Below are positions 51,416 to 64,000 of a stretch of DNA of 64,000 nucleotides, piece after piece. Source of the stretch: Octopus sinensis (Eukaryota); contig NC_042998.1 in the NCBI RefSeq assembly GCF_006345805.1, positions 170,066,001 through 170,130,000 of the forward strand, given 5' to 3'. A program made the translations under genes and the position numbers. Every line of letters begins with the position of its first letter. Positions within the stretch are counted from its first letter, which is position 1. The notes below the pieces were generated by a model. The model had not been told where the DNA came from, made no database searches, and saw nothing but the letters and a program-made list of their open reading frames with translations.

Positions 51416-53019
51416 GATAATTGCACTACTGTAGGAATTTTCAGTTTATTGATTAAAAAAAGAAATGAAGACAATTATATGAATACATATTTAACAAGAA
51501 TCAAAATGATTAATTTATTTCACTTGAATTCAGTTGGATTAAGAAATGTTTGTCATACCATATTTTCTGGCATGCAAGATGACGTAGTGTATAGTGTAAA
51601 CTTGCAGTGTAAACATTCAAACATCATCACTATCTTTATAAATCCTGCTGCATTTCACATTGAATTTTGGTCTGAAAAATTTGACATGCATGCTAGAAGT
51701 ATGGTATATGATGTTGTGGAACAATTATTCTCTTATTTGAATCAAAATATTCTAGCTGGTTATATAACTATACCCTTTGGTGCCATATTTATTCATTGCT
51801 GCATTGTAATATATTTGCACTTGTTATATTAACTGCTCAAATTTAGTAACTTGGTTGATGGAAACTGTGTTGAAGTCCATTGTGTGTGTGTGTGTATCTG
51901 ACGTTGATTGCCACCATTTGGAAAAAAAAAATGGTGCCTGTGTCTTATGGCCTGTAACTTAGCAGTTTGATAAATATAGAATGCTAAAATGAAAACTGGG
52001 GACAATATGAACAACTAAAATAACCCTTCAGTGTGGTGTACCAGCATGGCCACAGTTTAATAACTGGAACAAGTACTAGAGTATCTCAGTTTCTGCACTT
52101 AACAATTAAAAATGTGTCCATTGATTACATTAATTTGTAGCCCTTCATAAATGCCAACAAAATCCTAATTCTGTATATCAACTTTCATTATGAAACAAAA
52201 TCCTCTATCTTTATAAATATCAACTTTCTCTATATTATTCAATTTGTCCTTGAAAATTTGGGAGGGGGAGTGTGCAATATTCCCCCTGGGTTGATTTTAC
52301 TTGTGATTGATTGTTGCTTATGAAATATATCCAGTGTCAACTGTGCAAAAATCTGCTGAGTGTTTATTATTATTATTTTTTAAACTACTTCAGTTTCAAT
52401 TAGCTTTCTAGATTATTACTCTTGCTCTCACTCCTACTTTTTTCTGTTTCTATATAGTGTGTTCATAAAATACTATGTAATGTGTTCATAAAATGATTTA
52501 ATGAAATAAATTTTTTATTTATTGTTTTACATGCTATGATAGGTGGGATTGTTTTTATAACCTGATTTGCATATTGCTACAGCTAGATTTTCTTAACTTT
52601 TAACTCAACTGTTGAAGTAGGAGGAGAGCTTCTTTAATCAACTTAACGGATGAACATAAAGCTTAACCAACTTAACAGAGTAACACATAGCTATGTTTTC
52701 TGAATAGGGAGGAATATATTACAATGGCTGTACCAACTAATATTTTGCAACTTCTTAATTCAAATAATTATAACTATTTTTCAATTGATATTTGGGTTAG
52801 AATTCACCCAAATACTATATGGAAATTTCAAAGTGGGAATGTTCTGCTCATAGCTCTTAGATTAGCTGACTGGATAATCCTATGTTTAAAAAGTTCATTC
52901 AAATATATGATTGAGGAATTCTTTAGCTTCAAGTGATTACCAAGTTCAACTTAGGGGAAAGTTGTTTAGTGAGGAGATAGACTTGCTCTATTAATATTAA
53001 GATGTTGCTAATGTTGCCA

Positions 53020-53290
53020 TATTTCAACCTGTGTTTGTTCCACACAGTACCCCAGGTGTAAAGAACCTTCAAAATTTTGATGAAAACATTAAACCAAAGG
53101 AATTCTTAGAAAACTTTTGGACAGATGAACTTTGGGATTTTTTTGTTACTGAAACCAGCCATCAGGCTGCTGTGGTAAAAGCTGAGAAACTTAATACCTA
53201 TGTAGCAAGATTATGGGAAGTAAATACCAAAGATGAAATAAAGGCTGTTTTGAGACCTCAAGACCACACTGGAATTGCGACAGGCTAGTG
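53020..53290 (+). mobile_element. piggyBac (PGBD4-like) transposase N-terminal fragment
   Basis: PG......PKEFLENFWTDELWDFFVTETS..A.....W...TKDEIKA is the piggyBac N-terminal motif. Confidence 0.6.
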
Positions 53291-54952
53291 TCAATATGTA
53301 CATTTAGCTTACTAAGCCCAATGTTGTCAAAATACCTTAAAAAAAAAAATCCCTTGACTGTAAAGATGTTTATGCAGACTGCATTCAGCTCCTGTGTCAT
53401 CTATGGTATGAATGCACTGTTGGTTGTAGGACAACTATTACAAAATTGTGCAATAGTCTCAACCTTCAGTCTGTCAACTCTACAACCAATACTTTGAAAT
53501 ACTAACACCAAAGGTTGTCTTGAGAATATGCATTGCATTTGTGTGCAAGATGAAAATGCCACTGGACATTAGATGTGTAATTTGTCTTGAGAAAAATTAC
53601 AGATTTAGACTTGATCAATTTGGAATACCTAATTGAAAAAAAAAACACCCTACAAGTTTTTCGCGTGATGTCTTCCTCTTCTGTATTGAGATGCAAGTAG
53701 GAACTATTATTATCATGTTTACTATTTACTCAGATCCAGTACTGGTTGTAAGAATGTAGTTAATGTATTTAGTTTCAAGAGTATTGCCAGTAAAAGTTTG
53801 TTTTGGATGACTTTCTCAGGAACTGGGGCAACTTTGGAACTTTTTAAGATTTTGCTGCCAGATAAGGGAATTTTTTTAAAATTCATACAACTATTCATTT
53901 TGTTACTGTGATACTTTTTATATCACCAAGTTTGAAGGAATTCTAACCCAATTATAATGATATCATGAACATATAGTTCAACATACAATTCCCAAAATGG
54001 TCCAGAGAATGCGATAAACATTATATAAAAAATTACCAAGGTTCACATGGTGGAACTGGTGAAAATATAAATACTAAAGAGCATATTTATATTCTGAGCT
54101 CTGAATTACAAATTCATTGTCTTCAAAATGGATTTGTGTAAATGAATCTGTGTTATTGTGTCTAAAATTGATTTATATTTGTACTTACTTTGCTGTATAA
54201 TTGTTCATAACATATATAACAGTTTCAGTACATGTATGTTTACATAAATCACTAAACACCTGCTGGTTATATTTATTTTTTCTTATCTACTTCACATAAG
54301 CACACACATGCAGATTCATGCTTCCCCACCTACTCATTGACTAATTTAAAATATATATATTCTTTGAATATCAAACTAGGTAACTTGTTAGCTATCTAAA
54401 TGATTTGTAATGCGAAATTCTCAAATGCTGCATCAGCAACAAAATTGAGAAATTATCTACCAAGCAAGTATATCAACCTAACTATGAATTCCCATTTGGC
54501 AAGATATTTTATGTGCATATGTTAAAATGATAATCATAACGCCCCCCCCCCCCCCAGCAACAACAACAACAAGTAACAAAAAACAAAACAACAAATAATG
54601 TGAATGACTTATTGAAATCGGGGTTATAAAGTGTGATAAACTGAAATCAACAGATATGTTCTTGGGAAAGATATTTCACTTGGATCGAATTACTATTCAA
54701 ACTCTTTCTACTCATACTACTCCAGATAAACAATTATAAAATAGTTTCTTGCCTAGGCACAAGGCCAGTTATTGAAAAGGAGTGACAATGTAGTTGATTG
54801 AATTGAATGCCTACCCTACACAAAGGAAGAAATTTAGATCAACACTCGCAGCATTATTGAACTCGGATTGATAGGAATACAATTAGTTTTGAATTTGAAT
54901 TTCAGTCTTGTGACTTTTGTAATTTCTTGGGTGTATCATCATTATCATTTAA

Positions 54953-56038
54953 CCCTTTCGTTACTATATTTCTGACCAAAATACACCCCTTATGTGTTTC
55001 AATTAATTTCTAACGTAATCATAAATTTAGTCTGGTTTCATTAAACAACTATAACTTTTTTATTTATCAATATATTAATGAGATTTTTGGAAGATAATTT
55101 AATGAAATGTTCTCAACCAATTCTATACTATAATTTTTGTCACAAAGTGACTCTAATTGCAGGTAGATACAGGTAAATTCAACAAAATATAAAATTATTA
55201 AAATTTTGTTCAAACATCGCTATAGAAAATGGATTATTAGCTAATATTCAATTGGGTATACAACAAAATTTTACGATAGAATTTGTTATTCTGGGTAACT
55301 TTCTGATACCCATAATAATATTTATGGCAAAATAGTCTTAATTTCATTTAAGGTTGTGGGAAACCATTAACTATCCTTTCTTTTGCTTTGTTTACATTTA
55401 GCATAACGGTTCGTTTCCGCCGTAATGATTTCAAATAGGCTCATTCGAAAAAGTAAAAAGAAATAGTCTAAGGCTTTACTCTCCTGGGAAAGTCTGTGGC
55501 TTGGTCCAGTTTCTTCAGAAAAATCACCGAAAGAAACAGTTTTTAAATTTTCACTCCATTCAGGTGCCAATTCATTTTCTTTATCGCTGTCGGAGCTCTC
55601 GGATTCACTGTTTTCACTTTCGGAAAATGAAACATCAGATTCATTATCAAATACCACCTGCTTTTTTTTTTCAGTCATAGGGTTAGATTTATGAAGCTCT
55701 TCAGTAGAAAATCCTTCGAATTCTGACTCGCTGCTTGATATAATGAAATTCGTATCCATTTTTTGTCAGAATTACAAATTTTAAAAACACAATAGGAACA
55801 AATTTCGGAAAAAAATCTCCCAAAATTCACGGAATTAAAATTACACTTCGATTGTTGTACAAAACTGTAGTTGAACTGTTTACAAAGTATAATACGTGTT
55901 TTCACGAATGTACTAAAGAGATTTGCTCTGGTATTCTCATTTAAATATGAATAGGTAAATACGGGCGGGTTTGGGCGGTTTGGTCACATTAACCAAAAAT
56001 TTTTTCGGGCGGCTTTGGGCAGTTTGGTAACGAAAGGG
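54953..56038 (-). mobile_element. Internally deleted piggyBac element, 1086 bp, with intact ends
   Basis: TTAA|CCCTTTCGTTAC ... GTAACGAAAGGG|TTAA. ORF 55759->55367 has an acidic Ser-rich N-terminus and FSEETGP....KALDYFFLLF..SLFEIITAETNRYA. CpGs retained. Confidence 0.93.
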
Positions 56039-56269
56039 TTAATATCCACTTTCCCATGCTTTCATGGGTCAGGTGGAATTTGTTGAGGTAGATTTTCTAT
56101 AGTCACGGGCCCTTCCTGTCACCACCCCCTACCTTGTTTCCAAGCAAAATAATATATCCTGTGGCCAGACATTTTTTGTGGAAGACTGGAACTGAACAAT
56201 GCACTCATTTGTAACCATTACATGATGCCAAGACAAGGGTGTATGCAAACATACACACACACACACATG

Positions 56270-58830
56270 TAGATCTAACAAGATTGTAGAGATGCTTGAA
56301 AGGAGGCATGTTGATGTATGTTGCATCCAAGAGGTTAGGTGGTGAGGAGCTTCAGCCAGGTTCCCCACAGACAAGACACAGGTATAAAATCTTCTGGGAA
56401 GGTAACAGTGATGGAGTAGGTGGTGTAGGCATACTCCTAGCTGAGAAATGGGTGGATAAGGTCATAGTGGTAGTTAAAGTATGCGATAGAGAACTTAGGC
56501 TCAAGCTTGTCTTTCAGAATAGTATAGCTACAATTGTATCTGCCTACGTCCCACAAGCAGGCCTACCAAATGAACAGAAGCACCATTTTTATGATATTCT
56601 TCTGCAAGTTACCACCTAGGCAGGTGACAATAATCTCATTTTTATGGCTGGGGATTTCAATGGGCATGTCAGATGGCAGCCTGGTATCTACTATGGTGTT
56701 CATGGGGGCCATGGAATTGATTCCTGAAACAAAGAGGGGACAAGGCTACTGGAGTTCTGTGATGTGAATAACCTTTTGATCTGCAACACCAACTTCAGGA
56801 AGGAAGCCTGCTAGCCAGATAAATTTCATTCTCACCAGACAGCCGGATGCATGATTGTTCTTAAATGCAAAGACTCTCCCTGGTGAAGAATGTACCCCCC
56901 AGCGTAGACTAGTCATTAGTGACTTTAGACTCCAAGCCAGAATGATGCAAAAGAGCAAACCTATCTGGGAAAGAAGGATTTGGAGGCTTAAGGACCCTTC
57001 ATATGGTCAGAGATTTAGGATCATCCTAATTGAGAAATTTGATGAGAGAGAGGAGCAGCTACAAACTTGTGACTGGGAATTCCTGCAGAACAGCTTGCCG
57101 AGTGTCACAGAGCAAATCTGTGGCTGGTGCAAAGTCCCTTCCAGACACAGGGTAATGTGGTGATGGAACAATACCTTGGACAGGGCCATTAAAGCAAAGA
57201 AACAGGCCTGGAAGCGTGTGGGCAGAAGGGAACTGTATCAGATAGCCAGAAGGGAAGCTAGGAGACAAGTATATCTAGCCAAGGGAAAATTGTGTGTGCT
57301 TGGATGGAGAGAAATGTGTGTGCATGGATGATGATGCACTTGCTTTTAATGAGTCTGCAAAGAAAAAGGTTTGAAGATGCTATTATGAAAGACTGCTGAA
57401 TGTTGAGAATGAATGGGAGGAGGTGAGTCTGCCAAATGTTGACCCAACTGAGGGACCAGCTATCCGAATTGATAGTGCCCTGGTAGATGAAGCAATTAAG
57501 GATATGAAGACAGGAAGAGTCCCTAGTCCTTCAGGAATCACCACTAAGATGCTTAAAAGTGTAGGTTATGGTCTAGTCATGCGTATTGTAAATCAGGTGG
57601 TTCATGAAGAAGTCATACCCAATAACCGGTGTAGCAGTACCATAGTCAACTGCTTCAAAGGTAAAGGTGATGCCTTAGATAGAAATAATCACAAAGGTAT
57701 CAAATTGTTGGATCAGGTGATGAAAGTTGCGGAGAGAGTCATTGCCCAACTAATCAGTGACAGAGTTAGTCTAAATGAGATAGTTTGGCTTTGTGCCAGG
57801 CAGAAGCACCATTGATGCTATATTTCTGGTAAGGCAACTGCAGGAGCAATACCTAGCCAAAAATTAAACCTCTGTAGTTGGCTTTTGTTGACTTGGAGAA
57901 AGCTTTTGACAGAGTCCCCCCGATCTGTTATCTGGTGGTCAATGTGGAAACTAGGGGTAGACGAGTGGTTGGTGAGAGCTGTTCAAGCCTTGTACAGGGA
58001 CACTACCTGCAAGGTGAGGGTGGGCAACGAGTACAGTGAAGAATTCATGGTACAAGTAGGGGTTCACCAAAGATTGGTACTCAGCCCCCTCTTGTTCATC
58101 ATATTCCTCCAGGCAATAACAGAGGAATTCATGACAGGCTGCCTCTGGGTGCTCCTCTATGCTGATGACCTTGTTTTTATAGCTAAATCACTACCTGAGC
58201 TAAAGAAGTTCCAGGTATGGAAACAAGGTCTAGAATCAAAGGGTCTTAGAGTTAACCTAGCAAAAACCAAAGTCATAGTAAGTAGGAAGGCAGACAAATC
58301 ACAGACCCCCTCAGGTAGATAGCCCTGCTCAATTTGTAGAAAAGGTGTAGGTAGAAACTCTATAAGATGCACCCAGTGTAAGCTTTGGACACACAAAAGG
58401 TGCAGCAACATCAAATGAAGGTTAACAGAGAAACTAACTTTTGTATGTGGAAGGTGCACAGGCATAATAAATGCTAAACATGTGCAGAAAATAGACTCCA
58501 TCAACTACGAAGGGAGCAAGCTAGAGGTTGTAGATAGGCAACCGAGTTAGTAGTGGAGGCAGTTGTTCCGAGATTGTAGCTGTGTGAATAAAGTTAAGCT
58601 GGACAAAGTTCAGAGAGCTCTTACTGCTGGCAATAAAAGACCTCTCTCTGAGTGAAAAGCAGAACCTGTGGTAGAGGTAGCCCCAAGAAGACATGGGATG
58701 AGGTGGTGAAGCATAACCATTGAACTTTGAGCTTCACACAGGCAATGACTAGTGACTGAGACCTTTGGCGATGTGCTCTGCTTAAGAGGACCTGTCAAGC
58801 CAAGTGCACCTGTGCTGGTGTCATGTAAAA
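56270..58830 (+). mobile_element. Older, deleted RTE LINE of the same family as 26994-30630
   Basis: EN (GVGGVGILLAEKWVDKVI, GDFNGHV), RT (GIKLLDQVMKV, GVHQ..VLSPLLF, LYADDL), PHD finger (CSICRKGVGRNSIRCTQCKLWTHKRC) and C-terminus GRGSPKKTWDEVVKH. Many stops. Confidence 0.9.
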
Positions 58831-58929
58831 AAATAACAATCTTTAAACATTGAGCATCACGGAGGCAAAGTGGCTGAATACCTTCTGAGCATTGGGCTTG
58901 ATGGAGGCAAAGTGGCTGAGTTCCTTTAG

Positions 58930-59330
58930 AGTATTGGGCCCAATCTTTTCTCCACTTGAAATTGGCTGGCTGAAGAAGTAGCTTCCTTTTTGCTGTTCTG
59001 CCATAGTAGCCAAGTTTGTGGAGGTACCTGACAGCTGTTCTGGGACTGGCATCATCTTGTTCTATGTTAGAAGCCTTGCAATGAGGATTATCCTCCACAC
59101 TTCACTTAACAAAGCAAAGGATCTTGTCAGGGGGCCCTGGTTGACCTGGGCAAGGTGATGTTGACTCCTACCCCTCTCTGGTGAAATCACCCTATTAACT
59201 GTAGAAAGTGGGATCCTAAGGTTTTCTGCAATTTTATGCTAAGTCCACCTTCAGATTGATCCACAATAAGGCCTTTTTGAAATTTGGACAGTTTCAAGGC
59301 TTCTTTTGTACATGACATGATTAAACAATC
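58930..59330 (-). mobile_element. Tc1-like transposase N-terminal remnant
   Basis: LSKFQKGLIV.QSEGGLS and ASPRTAVRYLHKLGYYGRTAKRK.LL.PANFKWRKDWA. Confidence 0.7.
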
Positions 59331-61399
59331 ACATATAGAACCTGAAACATAAAAATGCCCATTAATGAAAAACATATATCTTTTCAAGTACATATATATA
59401 TATATATGTGTGTATGTATATATATATATATATATGTGTGTGTGTTAGATACATACATACACTGGGCTTCTTTCAGTTTTCATCAACCAAATCCATTTAC
59501 AAGGCTTTGATTGGCATGAGGCTATAGTAGAAGACACTGGCCCAAGGTACCATGCATAGGACTGAATACAAGACTACATGGTTGGGAAGCAAGCTTCTTA
59601 GCCACACATCCATAATAATAATAATAATAATTGTGTTTTAAATTCCGGCACAAGATCAGGAATTTTGAAGGAGAGGGTAAGTCAATTACATTGACCCCAG
59701 TACATAACTGGTACTTATTTTATCAACCCCAAAAGGATGAAAGACAAACTTTGACTTCAACAGAATTTGAACTTGGAACATAAGGATGAACGAAAGGCTA
59801 CTAAGCATTTTACCCAGCTTGCTTTATTAATAAAAATAGTCATATAATTCCTAATTTTGATACAAATCCTGTCATCTTGAAAGGAAAGAACTTCATGACA
59901 TTGACCTCAGTACTTCATTGGTACTTCATTTTATTGCACCCAAAAGATGAAAGGCCAAGTTGACCTCATCAGTATTTAGACTCAGAGTTTAAAGATCCAA
60001 AAGAAATGCAACTAAGCATTTTATCCAATGTGCTAGTCATTCTGCCATCCTGCTTATAATAACAACCCGTTAGGTTTGATAAATAGAAAAATTCCCTATA
60101 CTAATAGGTGCTTTGAGAATGATTATATATGTGTGTGTGTGTGAGTGTATTTAAAAGCATGCAGACACAACCCAAGCCCCTGGGCTTACAAATATGCACA
60201 GCATACAAAGCACTTTCAAAAATAGAAGCAACAAAACCAAAACAGAACTGCATATACTCAAGGTACACACAGCTGTGCTTGGTTATTCAGTTAAAGCACA
60301 CAACCATAATCATCATTCTTAGAATATGATAATTTCTTCATTCACTACAAAAGTATGAAGTTCGGTGTAGAAGACTACAATTAGTTTGCAATCAATAATT
60401 AAACAGCCTCCTGTTTTTTTGTAGCACTAAAGAGGTCTTGGGTTCAGTCCCCCTGTACACCATCTTGAGCAAGTGTCTTTTACTCTAGTTCCAGACCAAC
60501 CAAAGTTGTGTGAGCGGAATTGGTAAAAAGAAGCTGATAGAAGCTCATTGTATATATATCTATGTATGTCTTTGTCCCCTCTTTACTATTTGACACCAAA
60601 TGCTGGTTTGTTTATGTCCCTGTAAATTAGCAGTTTGGTTAAAAAGACTGATGGAATAAGTACCAGACCTTAGACGTTCAACTAAATCCTTCACAGCAGT
60701 GCCTTAGCATGACTGCTGTTCAAAAACTAAAACCAGATAAAAGAGATTACTTTTTTTTTCTGATTTCAAATTAATTTAAATGCAAATTTAATAGTTGTAA
60801 ATTCAACTTAAGTTTAATGAGAACTGAAGAATTTCTTTGGAATTTCAAGTCATTGATCTTGTATACTTTTTTCTAAATGAGCAAATGGCCTTAGTTCCAA
60901 ATATTTCTCAAATAAGGTGTTGGGATGTTCAAACATGTACCAAATAATAAATAAAATATTTTCAAATATATTGTTGTCAGTTAAATATGCTAAGAAACAA
61001 AGAAGTCATTTTAGGAACACATTTTTATGTTTTGAAATATAGATTTGTGAATTTGACTATTTAATATTTCCTTTATGGTATTCTTTAAGTTTCTTTGTAA
61101 AATATCTAAGTTTCCTGCTGAAGTCTGATATTATAAGTGTATCATTATTATTATTATTTTGTCTTGTAAATTACAATATTTAATATTTCCTGTGCTTAGA
61201 TGAATATTCCAGCTGTCAAGTTAGACTTGGGGAGAAAACTTTCATGAACAAAATAAGCTGCATACCATTCAACTAAATAGAAAATGAAGAACAAAAAACT
61301 AATAATACAGTTTTTTAATGTAATGTTTGCAAAAATAAATTGTTACATTCAATGAAACTCAATTAATTAAAGTTCAAACTCTCATTCGTTGTTTCCCCT

Positions 61400-62330
61400 G
61401 TCTGAGAACTTTGATTTAACTCCTGATTGAGTGGTTCTTCTCTGTTGATGTAATTGGTGACTGAGAAGGCCAATCTTCACAAAATGAGTGATAACAAAAA
61501 TAACAAGGAAGAGATGGTGACGGACATGATTGTTGGTATATCTTGTGCTCTTGACATTTTCCTTCGACTTTTCCTTTTCTTTTGACTTGAAAACGGTCAG
61601 TTCCGATGGTGTTAGTAACGCCAGTTGGATATCTCAGTTCCAACCATTTTGTGAGTTAACATTAACTGATATTTGTAATGGCTGAAAGGATAACCTTATA
61701 GTCCTTTCTCAGAGGTTAATTTAAAAGAAAGGATCTGACTTGGTAAATTTCTTTTCATTCTAAATGTGTCCTAATCATTGTTATTGCATGATGGTGGATT
61801 CTATGCTTTGACTGTTGTCTTTTCTATGATAGCACTGTCACATAGTTCTCTCATTTGATGTTTAAGATTGCACAGAGCTCTTGTTTGATGGAATCACTTC
61901 AGTTTTTTGATGTCTTGACGATAAAGTATCCAAGTTGAGATGATGACAGCTTGAAAGACTATTATTTTCATTTTGGGGGTTAGTTGTTTGCTTGTTTTAC
62001 CAGTTTTCAAGATGTTGAATAGGTTGATCCACTTCTGTGTTTTCAAATGTATTTGCTGGAAAAATACTTCCAAAATAGGGAAAGAGAGGCTTGAAGTGTG
62101 TGTGTGTGTGTGTATTTGTTTTGTCTTTGAGAGCTGGTTGGGTAAAGACTTCAGTCTTCCTGATATTCACTGCAAAGCCAAAGCAATCATATGCATTGAT
62201 GAAATTGTTGACTGATTTCTGGAGTTCCTGATGTGTGAGGCAAAGAGTAGCATTGTCATTTACATTTTGAACCTCTGAGATGTGTTGGATGCTGGTAATT
62301 TGAAATCAAAATCTGGCTGTATTAAATCAT
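61400..62330 (-). mobile_element. BovB-like RTE LINE 3' remnant
   Basis: LTHQELQKSVNNFINAYDCFGFAVNIRKTEV, FPYFGSIF, IVFQAVIISTWILYRQDIKKL..FHQ, SIESTIM. Heavily decayed. Confidence 0.65.
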
Positions 62331-64000
62331 TCAATATATGATGTCAACATATGCATTGTCTGAAAGAAGTTCAAAAAGCATCACATGCAAGTATAAAGAG
62401 AACAGATTTGAACTGAAGTGAAGAAATGTTTAGCTTGTAATCAAAACTGATGAGTTTCAAAATATTATGCAATTTAAACAGACAATTGAGCTAAGTTTGA
62501 ATGTGAATCTAATGCTTAGTTCAATAGCTTAAAGCAAATAAAAACATTATTTTGATAAAGTTTTGCAAATATGCTATTTTAGTTTCTAGACGTATGAGTG
62601 TGGAATGGATAAGTTAATCAAAGATAGTTAACATGTATTGGTGGAGAGGGGTGACAACACAGTCAGAAAGAAACAAGTGTGGGGAAATAAGAGAACCTGA
62701 AGTGATGGTCAAGAGATAGATCATGGCCAAGAATTGTGTGTATTCTAATGAATATAAAGGTGAGACTAGTTTTCCTTGAAAAGTAAGGCTAGTGGGACAT
62801 TGTAAAGTCATAATCTCCAAGGAAAGAGAAAAAAATCAGGCATGCTGATCATTTGTGGACAGAAAAGTTAAGTTACCAATTCTTGTGGGGAAAAAGTCAA
62901 GGTAATAGAAAAGGAACAAACTTGGAATCTAAAATCGCTGAAAGAATCAGTGCATATACTAAGCTTTTATAACCTTCCCAGTAGCCTTAGTACAGAAATG
63001 AACCTGTTGCCATAATAAATAAATAAAGATGCAAAAGTTAAGTTTAGAGCATCTAATTTTTACTACCTAAATAAGACAAGGACAGGGAATAAAAACATTT
63101 ATCAAAAGTTAAATGTAGTCATTCAGCTAATGAGCATGTTTTCAATCCTTGGGTCAGTCAAACAATAGCTCAGTCTATCTGTCTACTTGGTTAGATCTTG
63201 AATTCAAATGAAAGGTCATAATTTTTAGTTTTGATATTGATATTATACTTTAGAAGTATTGTAACTGATGTAAAATGTTGCATTTCTTCTCAGATTTGTG
63301 ACATTATGTTAAATGCATTAAGAAAAAAAAAACAAGGAATCTGTCCTTTTCACTATGAAAATCCAATTAAGTGGTAAATATTTTAAACTCTTGCTTAATG
63401 TTGTCATAATATACATTATATATAGCAATGTAATTGAAAAATTTGGGCTGTTTTTTAACATCTAGATCTAATCATTTGTTTTAAATGGTTGGTCATATGG
63501 CCTTGCCAAGTCTGAATCTTGGCTAAGTTCAAATTTCTCTGTCAGTTTTTCAATCTGTTCTAACTTGTCATCCATTAGCTTATCCTATTCAATATCACAC
63601 TTAGTTAACTCAAGAATGGATTTAATTTTGTTAATTCTAGACTCTACTCATTAGCTGGTTTCTTGAATATAATGCAATCAAGTTTTTGAATTATTTTTGT
63701 ATCCTTTGCTGAAGTCATAACCTCTTCTCTGAGGCAGTGTTGTTTAGCTTTCGTTTTTTCTTCTACATGCACACATATTTTCTATTTTTTTTACCTTATT
63801 TTATTATCCTTTTTTTTTGTGCTCTAACTTAAATCAATTAAGTGATCAAATTAAATTTCACTTAGTTAACTCTAGATGGGAGCTAATTTCACTTAGTTAA
63901 TTGATTGACACAATCTCTTAATCTTGGCATGAAAAAGCAAAACAATGACCCACCCTTCCACTCCTTCTCCCTTCTCTTCTATGCACAGAATCATTTTTTC

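Noticed and set aside
51449-51832. 127 aa ORF
   Set aside because: No motif or splice support; a length expected by chance in 64 kb.

Overview
This is AT-rich animal genomic DNA. The SINE/LINE families look like those of octopus, but that is an inference from recalled repeat motifs, not a database search. Two genes sit head-to-head with start codons ~0.8 kb apart. On the minus strand is the first coding exon of chondroitin sulfate synthase (CHSY1-like, 8646->7816). On the plus strand is exon 1 of an RPRD2-like CID-domain gene (9440-9593). No further exon of either gene was found, so 1-7815 is read as CHSY intron and 9594-64000 as a >54 kb RPRD first intron. That intron is CpG-depleted and full of mostly antisense transposon relics: two RTE LINEs with a PHD-type finger, L1/Tx1, Jockey-like and BovB-like LINE remnants, an inverted Penelope-like element, Tc1/mariner, piggyBac, MITEs and three tRNA-derived SINE types. 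The best lead is the Penelope-like 3' end, which carries a tRNA-like Pol III cassette followed by a decayed hammerhead ribozyme. Other leads: a CpG-rich island with NRF1-type palindromes deep in the intron, a ~680 bp palindrome at the window start, and candidate uORF control and a truncated isoform of CHSY. No CRISPR array, rRNA or true tRNA gene was seen. Coordinates of decayed repeats are estimated by eye.
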